A stretch of DNA of 63,927 bases, counting the filler, from Choristocarpus tenellus KU-1152 (lineage: Eukaryota; Protista; Phaeophyceae), in assembly GCA_964200185.2 (NCBI GenBank). It is 11 parts of 11 records of this genome, joined end to end, with 100 filler letters (N's around TTAATTAATTAA, not from the genome) between each part and the next. Parts side by side here need not be neighbours in the genome. Positions count along the whole stretch, not along the records: positions 15,785 to 32,072 come from CAXNAD020000847.1; positions 32,173 to 35,330 come from CAXNAD020021880.1; positions 35,431 to 41,685 come from CAXNAD020008558.1; 8 more parts are not named here. The stretch is one strand, 5' to 3'. Position 1 is the stretch's first letter. Each line of letters begins with the position of its first letter. The notes under the pieces were generated by a model. The model saw nothing but the letters and a program-made list of their open reading frames with translations, was not told the DNA's origin and made no database searches. Both the position numbers and the translations under genes were made by a program. Positions 27,101 through 38,834 of this stretch are shown in pieces.

Positions 27101-29722
27101 GAATGCTTATGATGCTGAATTATAATCAAGATTAGTGTCTGAGTGTTCTGCATTATGTGATCACCAACAAAAAAACATTTTTGTTCTTTGTTTGTGGTGG
27201 ACACATCGTTCTAACCTTTCTGATATGTCTTTCAATTCTTTCTGTGGCCACGCTTACTCTCTGTGGCCTTCAAACAAAATCTGCAGTGCCTCATCAATGA
27301 GAATGAGTATATTAGGCGTGTTGTCTGTGGATGCGACAACTTGGACCCGTCCAACTCTGACACTGGGGTGAGTTCAATATTTTCATTTTCAGAATATTTA
27401 ATTTTCTTGTAATTAGAGGAGCTGCAGCGGTTGCACTGCCACGTGCCTTGCTCACAACTGTATCTTTATCACGTAATTCATACCTCCAAGAAGGGTGACG
27501 ACCATTTGCATGCATGCATTACTGCCCCTCTTGAGGAGGACAAAGTTCCATTGCATATATTAAAACGTTTTGACTGCTGATTCAAACAACTTGTACAACT
27601 AGTGACAAGCAAAATGCCATTATATTTTCTAGGTGTGCCCAGCCTGTGATGGTGATATTCAGTCCTTTGGTTCACTGGATGACCTCATTGCCTGGGAGCA
27701 GGAGGCCACAACGAGGCAGATTCTTGGGGGTTATCGTGACAAGTACATGTTCCACCAGGTGTGTGCTCCTGTTTTGATTCAATCTGTCCCAAGGTTTCAT
27801 CAGGTATGACGACCTAACCTTTTGATGTAAAGCCGCTGTTTATTACTATTGCTATTCTTGATGATTATTTCATACAATTATGTATATGCCTTGTCATTCA
27901 ATCCAACGATTACCCTCTCACATATTATCCTAATGTTCACTGCTTGGAAGGTGAACTTGGTACCTACCACCATTAATGGAGTAACATCGTCTCTCCTACA
28001 GTACTGGATGGAGGAAATGATGGCTAAACTTACATTGTTTATCAAGCTTCCCATCAAAGTAAGGCTCAAATTATCTGGGGGTGGGGTGGCGGCTGTCCAT
28101 TTGAGGCCCATTGTTACATGTCACGATTTTTGGGTGATTTGATTACATGCGTTGGATGGATAATGTAAGTGTACTTTTCCTGATATTTCCCCTTATGTTC
28201 TTCCCACCTTTGAATAAAGCCTGAGTTCATGGTGTAATTACACTTAGCTGGTAGTACCACTAGGTATGCTCTTCTTGTTAATGGGTTTTTTCATTCAACT
28301 CTAGACTACGTTATTGCCCTGTGCCTGTATGGATGGTGTTTGTGATGTTTTCAGACCCTTAAGTTTGACCACCTCTGCGAGAACTTCAACTGGCATGAGG
28401 CACTGGACAACGCTGCTCCTCTTCTGAAGGCCACCAAGGACACAACGACAGGTGAGGGTTAGGTTCTACATGACTCTTCACCTTGCTTTTGCTGCCCACA
28501 CTGGTCCAGAAACTCCTTCAGTTCACTTTGAAACTCCAATTTGTATTTGTGTAATTGTGGCAACTCTTGTTTTGTTTTGCTTGTTTTTCTGAGTACTATA
28601 TGAGAGGACAGTGCCTGGTAGACCCTTCCTGATGGAGACCATCATCTGGTGGTTTAAATGTATGTGCCCCATTACAGAAACTGAAACCGGGTTATGCACC
28701 GTCTCACCAGCACATTCACGTTTATCTTAACAGGTGCTGTTACCAGTGTCCAAATATCTTCTGGAAGCTACGGGTACATTCCCTTAACCATTCCAGATGG
28801 CATGACTGTAAGTGTTGCCGTCTCTTTTCTATTTGCAATGCCATTATCATGAGTTATTGCACTTTTTCTTAAGAATGTGTGACTGTTGAGCTGATGGCAT
28901 AGTTGTGCATCCTGTGTCTGTCAATCTTCTCCTGCTGCAACTTTGCAGGTGGACATTTCTAGCTTTGCAGGGTCTGAAGACGTGACCTACGGCACAGACA
29001 GGACATATTACCTTGCCACAGATACCTCCCTTATGCTGACCTACAAGGGTGAACCCGAACCTCCTCTGTGAGTCGTTCTGCATAGGGGGATGGTTTCCGG
29101 AAGGTGTATTCAACTTGAACCTATTGACTCTAGCAGTAGTACTATGACGGTGTCATTTGTCATTACTTGTTAGGCCTAGGGGTGGAAGTGGACCTGGGAA
29201 CAAGAAAATTCTCAGTTTTTCATTGATTTGATTTTGTTGAACAAAATCATACAAATAATTGTTTGCCTTGTCATAACAGTGGCCAACACAAAAGATAAAA
29301 TGTAGATATTTAGGTTGATAAATTCTGATAGCAAAACCTTTGTGCTTTTCCCTGTAGTAAGACACATTGTTGGTCCGTTTTCCTCCAAAAAAGCGCAGTG
29401 TTCATAGAGCTACACCAAGTTTATTTACCACTGGTCATTACCTACTCCCTGATCCTCCTCCTGCAGTCCCACGCCATCGCCCACACCAGTTCCAACTTCC
29501 TCCATAGTCATGCCTACGCTGACTCCATCAACAGTGACAAAGACTGAAGCACCTGGGGCTGCACCTACCCTCAGCCCTGTAGATGGAGACTGGGATGGAG
29601 GACGTGATTGGGGTAGTAAGGGTGGTAGCAAGGATAAGGAAAGGAATGCTGGAAAGAAGTTTTGGGGGAGTGAGGTGGGTAATGGTAGAAATCAGGCTAA
29701 CGGTAGAGGTGGAGGTGGGTAA
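21199..29722 (+). CDS. agd3: Secreted Agd3-like (carbohydrate esterase family CE18) polysaccharide N-deacetylase; complete 20-exon gene, about 826 aa
   Basis: Exons, all GT-AG and phase-consistent: 21199-21330, 21583-21657, 21770-21907, 22095-22230, 22526-22658, 23307-23502, 23806-23898, 24422-24544, 24719-24797, 25162-25371, 25662-25773, 26160-26284, 26703-26770, 27287-27367, 27633-27758, 27951-28058, 28355-28451, 28734-28807, 28949-29067, 29467-29722 (sum 2481 nt). The N-terminus MNRFSWNHVAVAAVAVTATFGLYSPVQG is signal-peptide-like. Motifs in Agd3 order: DWATRGVFQGERRYYLGPVVDD, AYNGNG, QSHTMSH, SPGITGLFN, GDNT, YHPLTTTVDTNGYDG, VPRFATFVYYNC, DKYMFHQVNL, SLLQYWME, LPIKTLKFD. The symbol denotes homology, not proven orthology. 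Confidence 0.88.
28063..28184. mobile_element. MITE family A, partial copy in intron 16 of the Agd3-like gene
   Basis: GGCTCAAATTATCTGGGG...GGCTGTCCATTTG...TTGGATGGATAATGTAAGTGTACTTTTCCTG is the reverse orientation of family A. The other end is missing. Confidence 0.8.
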
Positions 29723-30200
29723 TGGTAGAAATCGTGCTAACGGTATAAACGGTTCTAATAGTGGAAATGGTTCTGGTAAGAATTGAAAATTTGGCTGGTG
29801 CACATATTTCCCACTTACAGTTGATAAGACTTGCTTGCCTGAAGACTATGCCCGCTTTTTTTGCTACAGCAAAATTCCCGTCCAAAATTCTGTACTGTGG
29901 TTGTGGTTGTATACATACATGTATGTGTGTGTGTATGTGTTTTGTGTCGAAATTTTCTTGCGAAGCTTTTATTGAGAAGAACAAGAGGTCTAAATTGATC
30001 TTGCGTGATGAATGCAATGAGGATAGTTGAATGCAACCGACTGCCTTGGCTGTTGGCCCCTGCCTTTTCTATGTCTTTTCCGTCTTTTTTGGTTTAGTGA
30101 GTTGTTTTTCCTGTTTACTCTCATTGTTGCGCATAATTCGTTTGGACTGTGTGACAATATGGGAGGAGCAACACTGTATTAATTTAAATTCTCAGGATTT

Positions 30201-30547
30201 TTGAATGCCTAGGTTGCTGTCCATGGGAACTTTTATTGTTCAATAATTATTAAGCAAATTATTTCCTATTATGACATGTGTGCCATGATCTTCCTCGTGT
30301 CTCGCACACAATTGTAAAGGCACACATACATAAACTAAGTGTATCCATTTCCTTCTTGTGTGAAAGGTGTTCACCATGGATGATGATGATCAAGGATTGA
30401 ATGCCTAGGTTGCTGTCCATGGGAAATTTTGTTGTTCAATAATTATTAAGCAGATTATATCGTATTAGATTGACATTAGTGCCATGATCTTCCTCGTGTC
30501 TCGCACACAATTGTAAAGGCACACATACATAGACTAAGCGTATCCAT
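30201..30547. repeat. Direct duplication of about 150 bp (30201-30347 and 30397-30547)
   Basis: Both copies read TTGAATGCCTAGGTTGCTGTCCATGGGAA...GTGCCATGATCTTCCTCGTGTCTCGCACACAATTGTAAAGGCACACATACAT. Confidence 0.9.
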
Positions 30548-31049
30548 CTATTTTTCATTTTCCTCATAGAGCACATAGGAGGAGTTTGAACTGAAGTAGG
30601 CAACAGCCTAGAAAGTACACTGAGTACATGCTTTAGTAACTTGAAGCATGAAGCCGGACCTGAGAGTATTGCTATTTCTTGTACCCAACAACTAGTGCTC
30701 AGCCTCCACCACATCATCAAGCAATCTCCCTGGGTTTATCACCTTAATTATTTTTGATGACTTGGGCGGTACTTTAACACAATATATTGAACCTTAGGTT
30801 TCTAACCCATCATTTCATCATGTCCTCACATGGAGATGAGATTCTACCTGACCCTGTCAAGGGCCCATCTGTTCAAGAATTCTGGCAGCTTATGGTGTGA
30901 CGGTAGCAGATCTGTCAAAAAGCATTGGCAATCTCATGTTGCAGTCTAATAGAGTCAGTGACGGAAATCATCCCGCCATCCAGGCTGCTGTGCCCAGCAC
31001 ACGGCTTCCGGCTGGGCATTTTTACCAGTCGAAATGGGTCCGATGGAAC

Positions 31050-32072
31050 ACATGTTGACGGAAAATTTCCCAGAGAGGGGAAACAGTTCGGATGCTGTGA
31101 GTTTCAGAAGTGGGGCGAGCCGGAGGTTCGGTTCTTAGATGTTTGGGGTCAGGCGCACATATTGTTCACCCTAAGGGGTCAAGGGCTCAGCCACCAAAAT
31201 TATTGGACAACTCGGACTACCGTGACTGGCGGAGGCGTTTCATCGTGCTTGTCGATATGCCCACTGCCTGGGTGCGTTGACAAGTGAAAGATCAGTTAAC
31301 CAAGAACGCTCATGAGCCAAAGTATCTTAGAGGGTAGAGCCGCGTCCATTTGGGGGCCAAAATCCAATGTTCCGAATTTGATGTAATTTTGGCTATCATC
31401 TTTGTTAGGAAGTGCCAATATCCTTGTTGCGGACACACCTTTTCATAACGTACACATTTTACCTACTTGGAAATATTTTGGAGTAGGAAAATGAGATAAA
31501 ACCCCCCGAGGGAAGTCAAGCCCCAAATGGACAAAAAGGGAAAACTCGTACCCTCTAAGATACTTTTACTCTCATACGAGGAACTTCTCTCTTGGATGGG
31601 TTCAGTGCGAATGATATCTGGATGGCCGAAGAGGCTTACAATGCATTTACTGTTGCTCCTGTCGCACCCACCACCAGGGCTCTGTGCTATACGCAACAAA
31701 GCCTGAGCGAGCTTTTCCGAGCATTAGATGATTGGTTCATGCCTATTACAGTGGGTAATAGCCGACATTTGTTCCGTGAGTTCTTCTCTTCGAAGGTGGA
31801 GAAGGGGGCGAATCCACTCCTGACCTTCACCCAATTGGAGGAGCTACGGGGGAGGATGCTATCGATGGACCTGGTCATCTTGGACAAGCTGCTGCTCCTA
31901 CATTTTCCGCGTGCACTCGGATCAGATTACGATACTGAGACACACATGATGGCCTTACAGAGGACACTATGTCGAGCAGACATAGAGAAGGTAGTCCGAG
32001 AGCGATATGTTAAATTATCCCCAAAATCATCAAAGAGGATAAAGGTGATAAACCCTTCGAGATTGCTTGATG
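31050..32072 (+). mobile_element. Ty1/Copia gag remnant interrupted by a MITE and truncated by the contig end
   Basis: ORF 31592-32072 ...LFREFFSSKVEKGANPLLTFTQLEELRGRMLSMDLVILDKLLLLHFPRALGSDYDTE... fits a UBN2/Retrotran_gag_2-type pattern. No introns, unlike the host genes. The left boundary is approximate. Confidence 0.7.
31314..31571. mobile_element. MITE family B, complete copy (258 bp)
   Basis: GAGCCAAAGTATCTTAGAGGGTA ... TACCCTCTAAGATACTTTTACTC, with a perfect 4-bp TSD TCAT. Confidence 0.9.
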
Positions 32073-32194
32073 NNNNNNNNNNNNNNNNNNNNNNNNNNNN
32101 NNNNNNNNNNNNNNNNTTAATTAATTAANNNNNNNNNNNNNNNNNNNNNNNNNNNNNNNNNNNNNNNNNNNNATCGGAGGCCGGGCGAGAGGGA

Positions 32195-32366
32195 GGGGGG
32201 GGGGGGGGGGGGGGGGTCTACCCCAGGTGTCCATTTAGGGCATAACCAGGAAAAGTGAACTTATATTATCCATCCGACGTATGCAACCAGATCACCCAAA
32301 AAATGCGACATGGAAAAAATTGGACCCAAATGAACAGCCACCACCCCCCCCCAGATACTTTGAGCC
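32195..32366. mobile_element. MITE family A copy, left end lost in poly-G
   Basis: GTCTACCCCAGGTGTCCATTT...CCCCAGATACTTTGAGCC. Confidence 0.85.
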
Positions 32367-32599
32367 CGTTGTGATTGGGGTGTGTGTGAGGAGGAACAAG
32401 AGTAGTCAGTAGTTTGAGATGTTCCGTTCTTTTCATATTTTTTATTTCAACCACGTACTACCATAATCCTACCTAACCCTATAGAGTGTCTAATACAACA
32501 TGGACAAGAGTACTATTAACTAGTACCATTTCGTATCTCACAACCATAGTTGTACTATTGTTGCTACTACACTGTGTTCTTGACACTTGGTCTGATCCT

Positions 32600-33160
32600 G
32601 ACTCGGGTTGACATCTACCAGACCAGCATGACGAGTGCGCTTGGCTACCCAAGAGGCCCTTCTTCCTTTGTGGGGTCACAAGGACAGACATCGCCAGATG
32701 TACGCAACTAGTTTGGAACCTCTATAGACTGAATACAGACACCCCTCTTATCATTTCATCAAGCTGAAGTTGAAGCGTGACTTCTCCACAACAGGTATCG
32801 CATCACCCCCTGCTGGAAAAGGAGCGGTCTGGGGCATCTGTTCGTCCCCTTCAGCTGGGCTACCTGCTGTATGGGAGCCGAGCGAGCTTCGAACGCGCAG
32901 CGCAACTCCAGGCAATCATGGAGGCCGAGCCCGTTTTTGACAGGTGTACTCAATGGTCCCCAATGGCGGCTACTGTTTTGTCAAGCAATGCAAAGCTGTT
33001 CAGTAGTAAATAGTGAGAAGTTTCTTGTCAGGTTTGGGAGAAAGCACATAGATTTTAAGATATGGTACCCCATCCAACTTCATGAAGGCATGCGTGATTT
33101 GGCTACGACTCGGGTGCGCAACTGCCAACTTGCATGCGATTCTGTGTTCAAATAATACTT
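32600..33160 (+). mobile_element. Decayed Ty1/Copia RNase H remnant
   Basis: IMEAEP, then RKHIDFKIWY and QLACD in the plus frames, resembling the Copia STxEAEY, TKHIDxRYH and QLAD motifs in the same order. Confidence 0.55.
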
Positions 33161-36100
33161 CTCCTATCTCCGGCGCGACTATTGCATCACAGGGAGGATC
33201 GGCCGTTCCTGAACCACACCCAGCGGTATCTTCGGTCAGCGGAGAAGATGGCCCACTTCCACACAAAGTGCAGGGATATGGGGCTCGTGGACCCCCAGGT
33301 GAGTGGGGTACACTGGAATATTACGCTTACAGGTGAAACCTACGTATTTATTGCCCCTGTGCTTGCGATGGTTGGGAGATGATAAGTGGAACCACCAACA
33401 CCGCAACATTAGGGCACACGATGTTCTACAAGAATAACCCGAAATGGAAATGGAGGGGAAGAGGTGGGAGGGGACAAGTGGGATGACATTAGAGCTATTT
33501 TGGCGATAGGAGGGCAATGAGGCTTAGTGAAAAACGGTTATAGTGAGATACGGGGAAGAAAATGCGTGCTTGGGTGAGTGAGCTTCAGGGATAACTGAAG
33601 GCGTATTTTGCTAGTGCTCGTTTAGACTATTGTGGCACGTTTTCCATGCTTATTTTTAAAAGTTTCCTGTTGGCTTACTCTGCTTCCGAAAAAAAATTGC
33701 TCTGCATTCTCCTTGTGTGGCATAAGATGGGACAAATGACATGAAAAACTAGTCTGACCACTGTGTACTACTCTTAACATTTTTTCCACCGGCTGCGACT
33801 TAGAGAGGTCAATTTCAGCAGTTCGCAGAAGGACATGGTGCTGGTGGGAAATATACTGTACAGAAACCCCATCAACAGTGGTTGAGGAGCATTATTTGTT
33901 TCATTAAGAGTACCCTCATTCATTATGTGGAATCTAATAGTAGGGAGGGGTTAGTCTACAGTCTTTCTATCGACTAAATCTTCGACTGATTATGGATTGA
34001 CCTATTCGAGTCTTTTCTTCTAGAGACATAAGACTGTCTTTGTGTCCAGCCCTTGTATTCAAACTTGAATGTAGTTGATGTTGTCCTTTCATCCCAATCT
34101 TTTTTGGTGCCAAGGTTTGACCTCTTGCATCATTATGGTATGAAGGGCATACCCCCACATGCACTAGCCCAACAAAATCAAACATTGCATTGTCCTGGTA
34201 ATCTGCCTGGTCAAAAATGGCATCTCAGGATGCTGACATTACTCTAGCATATGTTTTACCAAGGATTAGGGTACTGGAACATACAGGGTACTTGGATTGT
34301 TGCAGGTAAGGTGGTTGTGTGTACCACCACCAACTCCTTGTTGATCCCTTTGGAAGAGTGAGGACACCTCTTCAAGACACCATTACTAGATAGGGAGATA
34401 CTGGGGAAATGCACTGGTTGATACCTTTGACTGGTGCATAATTGCTTTTGGTTTTTTATAGCGCAACCTACCAAAGCTGCTCAAGTGTTGTCCCACCCCT
34501 GGTGCTCCTTGTACTCTGATTGGTTTGTAGTGACCGTTGAACATTGAGATGCCACTAGTCCATTGGGGGCAGGCAGCCATGACTCATGTCGTGACTGCAT
34601 GCCACGGCTGCCTGTCCCAATGGAACAGTAGAATCTCAATGTTTAGCAAAATCAGAGGTTGGGAACCTTCCCAGCGTGATATATGGGGTTGCTTGATTCT
34701 GTTGACAATTGAGATGAATATCATCTTTGTGTCGCAATGCTCATATTACCTGAAGATGTGATGGCTCTGTTAATCCAGTTATGTTCACTGGAACGGTTAT
34801 GGAAAGCTTGGGAGTATATCGGCACAGGGAGGCAGCTTGCTGGCTGAATGCTTCAGTTTTGGGACTGGCAGTAGAATGTTAGTATGTTGCTGAGATTACT
34901 CTAGCTTTTGTAGCACCCTACAGTTCTCGGTGAGGATGGCACTGTGAGGTCAGGTTTGAGGTTAGGTGGTGTGTCAGATGGAAACTTGTGTATATCAGAT
35001 CTATTGTTAAATTGCTTGTAAAACTAAAGCGATCCTGGATCTGGAGTGGGGCGGGGGGAAGGAATGGAGTGCACTTGATTGAGGCACTTGATTTAGATGC
35101 AAGCAAATGAATCTGTTGGGACAATTGCTCTCGTGAACTGAAGGAAATGGGGAAAATGTAGGGGGATATGACCAACCATGCATGAGTGGCAGCCTATACA
35201 AATATGCATAATGGAGATGGTTTGGCAATGTCCAGCCCTTGCGACTTTTGGGCATGGCTGGGGAGATGGGATTTTGAGATTAGGATTGCACTGCTGGCAG
35301 GGTCTTTTTTTTTTTCATTTGTGTTTGAGGNNNNNNNNNNNNNNNNNNNNNNNNNNNNNNNNNNNNNNNNNNNNTTAATTAATTAANNNNNNNNNNNNNN
35401 NNNNNNNNNNNNNNNNNNNNNNNNNNNNNNTTTTTTTTTCTTTTGTGTTGCTTTGGCGTGGTGTGGGTGGGGTGGGTGGTGGGGGGGGGGGGGCAAGAGG
35501 GCATCTTTTTTTTTTCCACAGGTGCATTCTTGGTTGTTACTTTGTCTTGTTGCATGTTGATGTGGTGGATGGGATGTGTACAGGTATGATACATGGCGTT
35601 GCAAGGGATCAGGCAGGCATGTTAGATGGGGAAAATGTATGTATTTGCTGAAAGGTGACCCTGAGAGCATTGCAGAAACTTAGTGGACTCCAGGATGCTG
35701 GGCAGGCCACCTATTTGTCTGAGGAATTGGAGATTGCTGCTGGTTCATGTAGGGTTGGTATGAATATTGTGTAAGGTGTATCACTGCTTTTATAGTTGAA
35801 ACGAGCGTAGCATAGAACTGCCACCGGGGGGGGTTTCACACACATAGAATGCTGCAAACTATGCTGCAACCTCATTTCTATCCCTGGAGACTAGTATAAG
35901 GTTGTTTCCAGGGGGTTCACTGGGTCAGGCAGTTAGCATGTCCACCCCGGCCATATTAAGCTATACGTGCTGAACCACTTGATGAGGCCATGGACTCAGT
36001 CGTGTTCAAACAAAACTTAAATGCACCGGTCATGTCAAGGTAGTGACAGCTATGGACTCAACCGTGTTTGAACAATTTTTTTATCAACGGCCATCCAGGT

Positions 36101-37091
36101 ATAATATAGTTGGCACGCAAGCCAGTCATGCCATGGGACGACATTCGGTCTCGGGTATTTGTGTATTATTATTGTGATGGGTTGCTTTCTATTTCCACCT
36201 TTTTTTTTCGAAGTAATATTTGTTATATTTGTCCAAAAAATATAAATACATACATCTTTTGTAAATACGAAGCACTATGCACAGATTCACTTTTCCACTC
36301 CTACGTTCATTCTGAATTCTCATTTTTTAATTAAAAAAAAAAAAATGGATAGATGATATGTTCCTTCGAGATTTTGAACCAAGAAAAGCCCTGTAGCAGC
36401 GGTGAAAGGGAGGGGACTATCCGTGTTCAGGCAACGTCCTTATCTGGACATTTAAACACCCCTTGTTTGCATGGGGTGGCCAAGCGAATCAGACGGGTCT
36501 CTATAACGTAGACTGGTCCAGGAGTAGACCCGCCTGCTCCATGGACTGGACTTATTAATAAGCACATGGTCCGGATACGTTAGATAATGTTAGACCCAGT
36601 CCCGCCAGCGGAACATGAACTGCTACAATACCTATTGGACATGATCCAGGGTATGTCAGATATTGTTAAGACTGATCCGACCTGCAGACAAGGACTGGTA
36701 CAAGACTTGGTCAATGCGGTCCAAACATGTCAGATAGTTGTGAGGGGGAGGGGGGGGGGGGGGGGGGGGGGGGGGGTAGATGTTTTGTGAGATAAGTTTT
36801 GTACGAGATATATATATGTTGTAATTTTTTNNNNNNNNNNGGGGGGGAGGTGGGGGGGGTTGTGTGCAGATGTTTCCCTGTTGAATGTGTGCACGAAGCT
36901 CAGATATTTGGGAAATTTTCGCTAGAGTTGTGTTTATTTTTATGTTTATTTTTATTGGACTACTACAGTAGTGTTTGCAATGAAATAATGGGCTTATTAT
37001 TCTTCATTCCCCTTTGCTACTCAAAACGTATGCCTGTCTTGTCTCTCCCCCCCCCCGGTGTGTGATTTTTATCTTTTTATTTCCAATGAAG

Positions 37092-38834
37092 ATCCGAATA
37101 TGATGCCAACCATGAGGGTGGACAAGGGGGCCATCAGCTTTGTGATGAATGGTGCCAATATCATGTGTGCAGGATTCACATCCAAGGGGGGAAGCATGTC
37201 CACTCCCATCGTGGGAGACAAGCCGGTGGTGAGTGTGAGAGGAAATGTAGAATATAAATACTGTTCTGTTAAAATGGAAAGGTTTTTCTTACGGCTTTTT
37301 TAAAAACTATGTCACGGATATGTTGGCACTACTCAAGACATGTTTTTTTCCTTTTTTTTGTGCTATGTGTTCTCATGCTGTGTGCAATGATCACGTGAGT
37401 AACATTAGTGCACGTTTGATGACCTGTTACATTGGTGGATTAACTTTTTTTAATTTGTGGATTAAACTTTTGTAATTTAGTCATTATGGTTGTGTGTGTG
37501 TATGTGTGTGTGTGTGATGTCTTTGTCACAATGTTTAAGACATCTGTATCTTGAAGACCTTTGAGAGAGAGGAGAAAAAGTGTTTTTTTGTGTGAAGGGT
37601 AAAGAGAGAGAGTCTGTGTATTGTGTGTGTGTGTGTGCTTGCTCTTTCAGAGCTGTACTTGCATGGGGTGGCGCAGCGCCTTCCTTGACCGTTGAAACCC
37701 CTGTGTAATCGCCCGTGGCATTTTTTCCATGCGTGTTGAGAACAGTAAGTTATGATGTGGTGGTATTGGGCATTTGTACAAACCTAGGGCTCTCCTCGAG
37801 ATCCTCCACCAGTACCAAGTTGCACTCAGTCGCGGTTCAAGTATCTGTTTGTGATACCGTAAGCTGGTAGTGCTTTTTTTGACAGCTACGCCGACCTAGT
37901 TTGTGTCATTTATACCATTTATGTCATTTGTGGTATGTGCAGGCAGTCACTCGCTTGTCTTACTCAGAGATGGCTTCTCTTAGTGCCTGTGGTTGCTTCT
38001 GTGAGCTGGCTCTCCTAACGTACGGGGGATGTGGGAAGAGCTGTGTGTATGTAGTGTTCCGTCTGTACTGTCTGCTGTGCATGTGATCAGTGGATTGCTG
38101 TGATGTAATTTGCTACAACAATCAGTCTCCACATGGTATCTATGGAGTAGCTTTTGTAGCGCTAAACCTATGTTAAGAGCTGGCTTCTCCGGCAAGTTAT
38201 GTTGATATGTCATGCTTGTATTTGGATGAGAATATTGGCAACGCCCCGTGTATTGTTGACGGGGGGGTGTGGTGGGTTGGTTTTCGGGTTGAATATGTGA
38301 GTGTGCTGTGTCCCCTACCACTGTGAATGCTATAATTATTTTTTTCTGTATGGCCGTTTTTTATTTTACTTGAAAAGCAACACCAACTTGACAACTAGTT
38401 CAATGATAAGGTGGCCTTTTTTCTCGTTGTGGAGTGGTATCCATTGACTAGAGTGGATTTGGTGCAAATCCTAGCTTTTCTTAGTACTTTTATTTTTATT
38501 TTTCTGAAGAACAAGATTCCAACATATTTTATGGGGCTATACACATCTCCTTCTGAATTCTGGCAGCATCCACCAACAACAACGTAGCATTTTGGGGGTC
38601 ACAAAACAACTTGCTTCTCTAGCCCCCCTCCTCTTCAAGATCTACTTTCCCATGAAAAAATGATTTTTTTCTTTACCTAGTTCCCTTCTCACCCCCACTT
38701 TTCCTTTTTCTTATCCCCTTATGTAACATATGTTTGTTCATTGATTGTTGGTGTTAATCCTTTCAGTGTATTATGGCAGAGGGCAAACAGGTAGCACTGG
38801 CAGTGGGTGTGACCAAGATGTCAACAGGCGACAT
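37092..38834 (+). CDS. MCTS1: MCT-1/Tma20 PUA-domain translation re-initiation factor, two internal exons (partial gene)
   Basis: Exons 37092-37228 (PNMMPTMRVDKGAISFVMNGANIMCAGFTSKGGSMSTPIVGDKPV) and 38767-38834 (CIMAEGKQVALAVGVTKMSTGD), both with AG/GTGAGT boundaries. Matches the VDKGAIxFVxxGAxIMCxG and IxAEGK motifs. Confidence 0.92.

Noticed and set aside
33900-35330. Possible non-LTR RT remnant (ACPQWTSGISMFN resembling GxPQGxxLSPxLFN)
   Set aside because: One weak motif with no YADD-like support.
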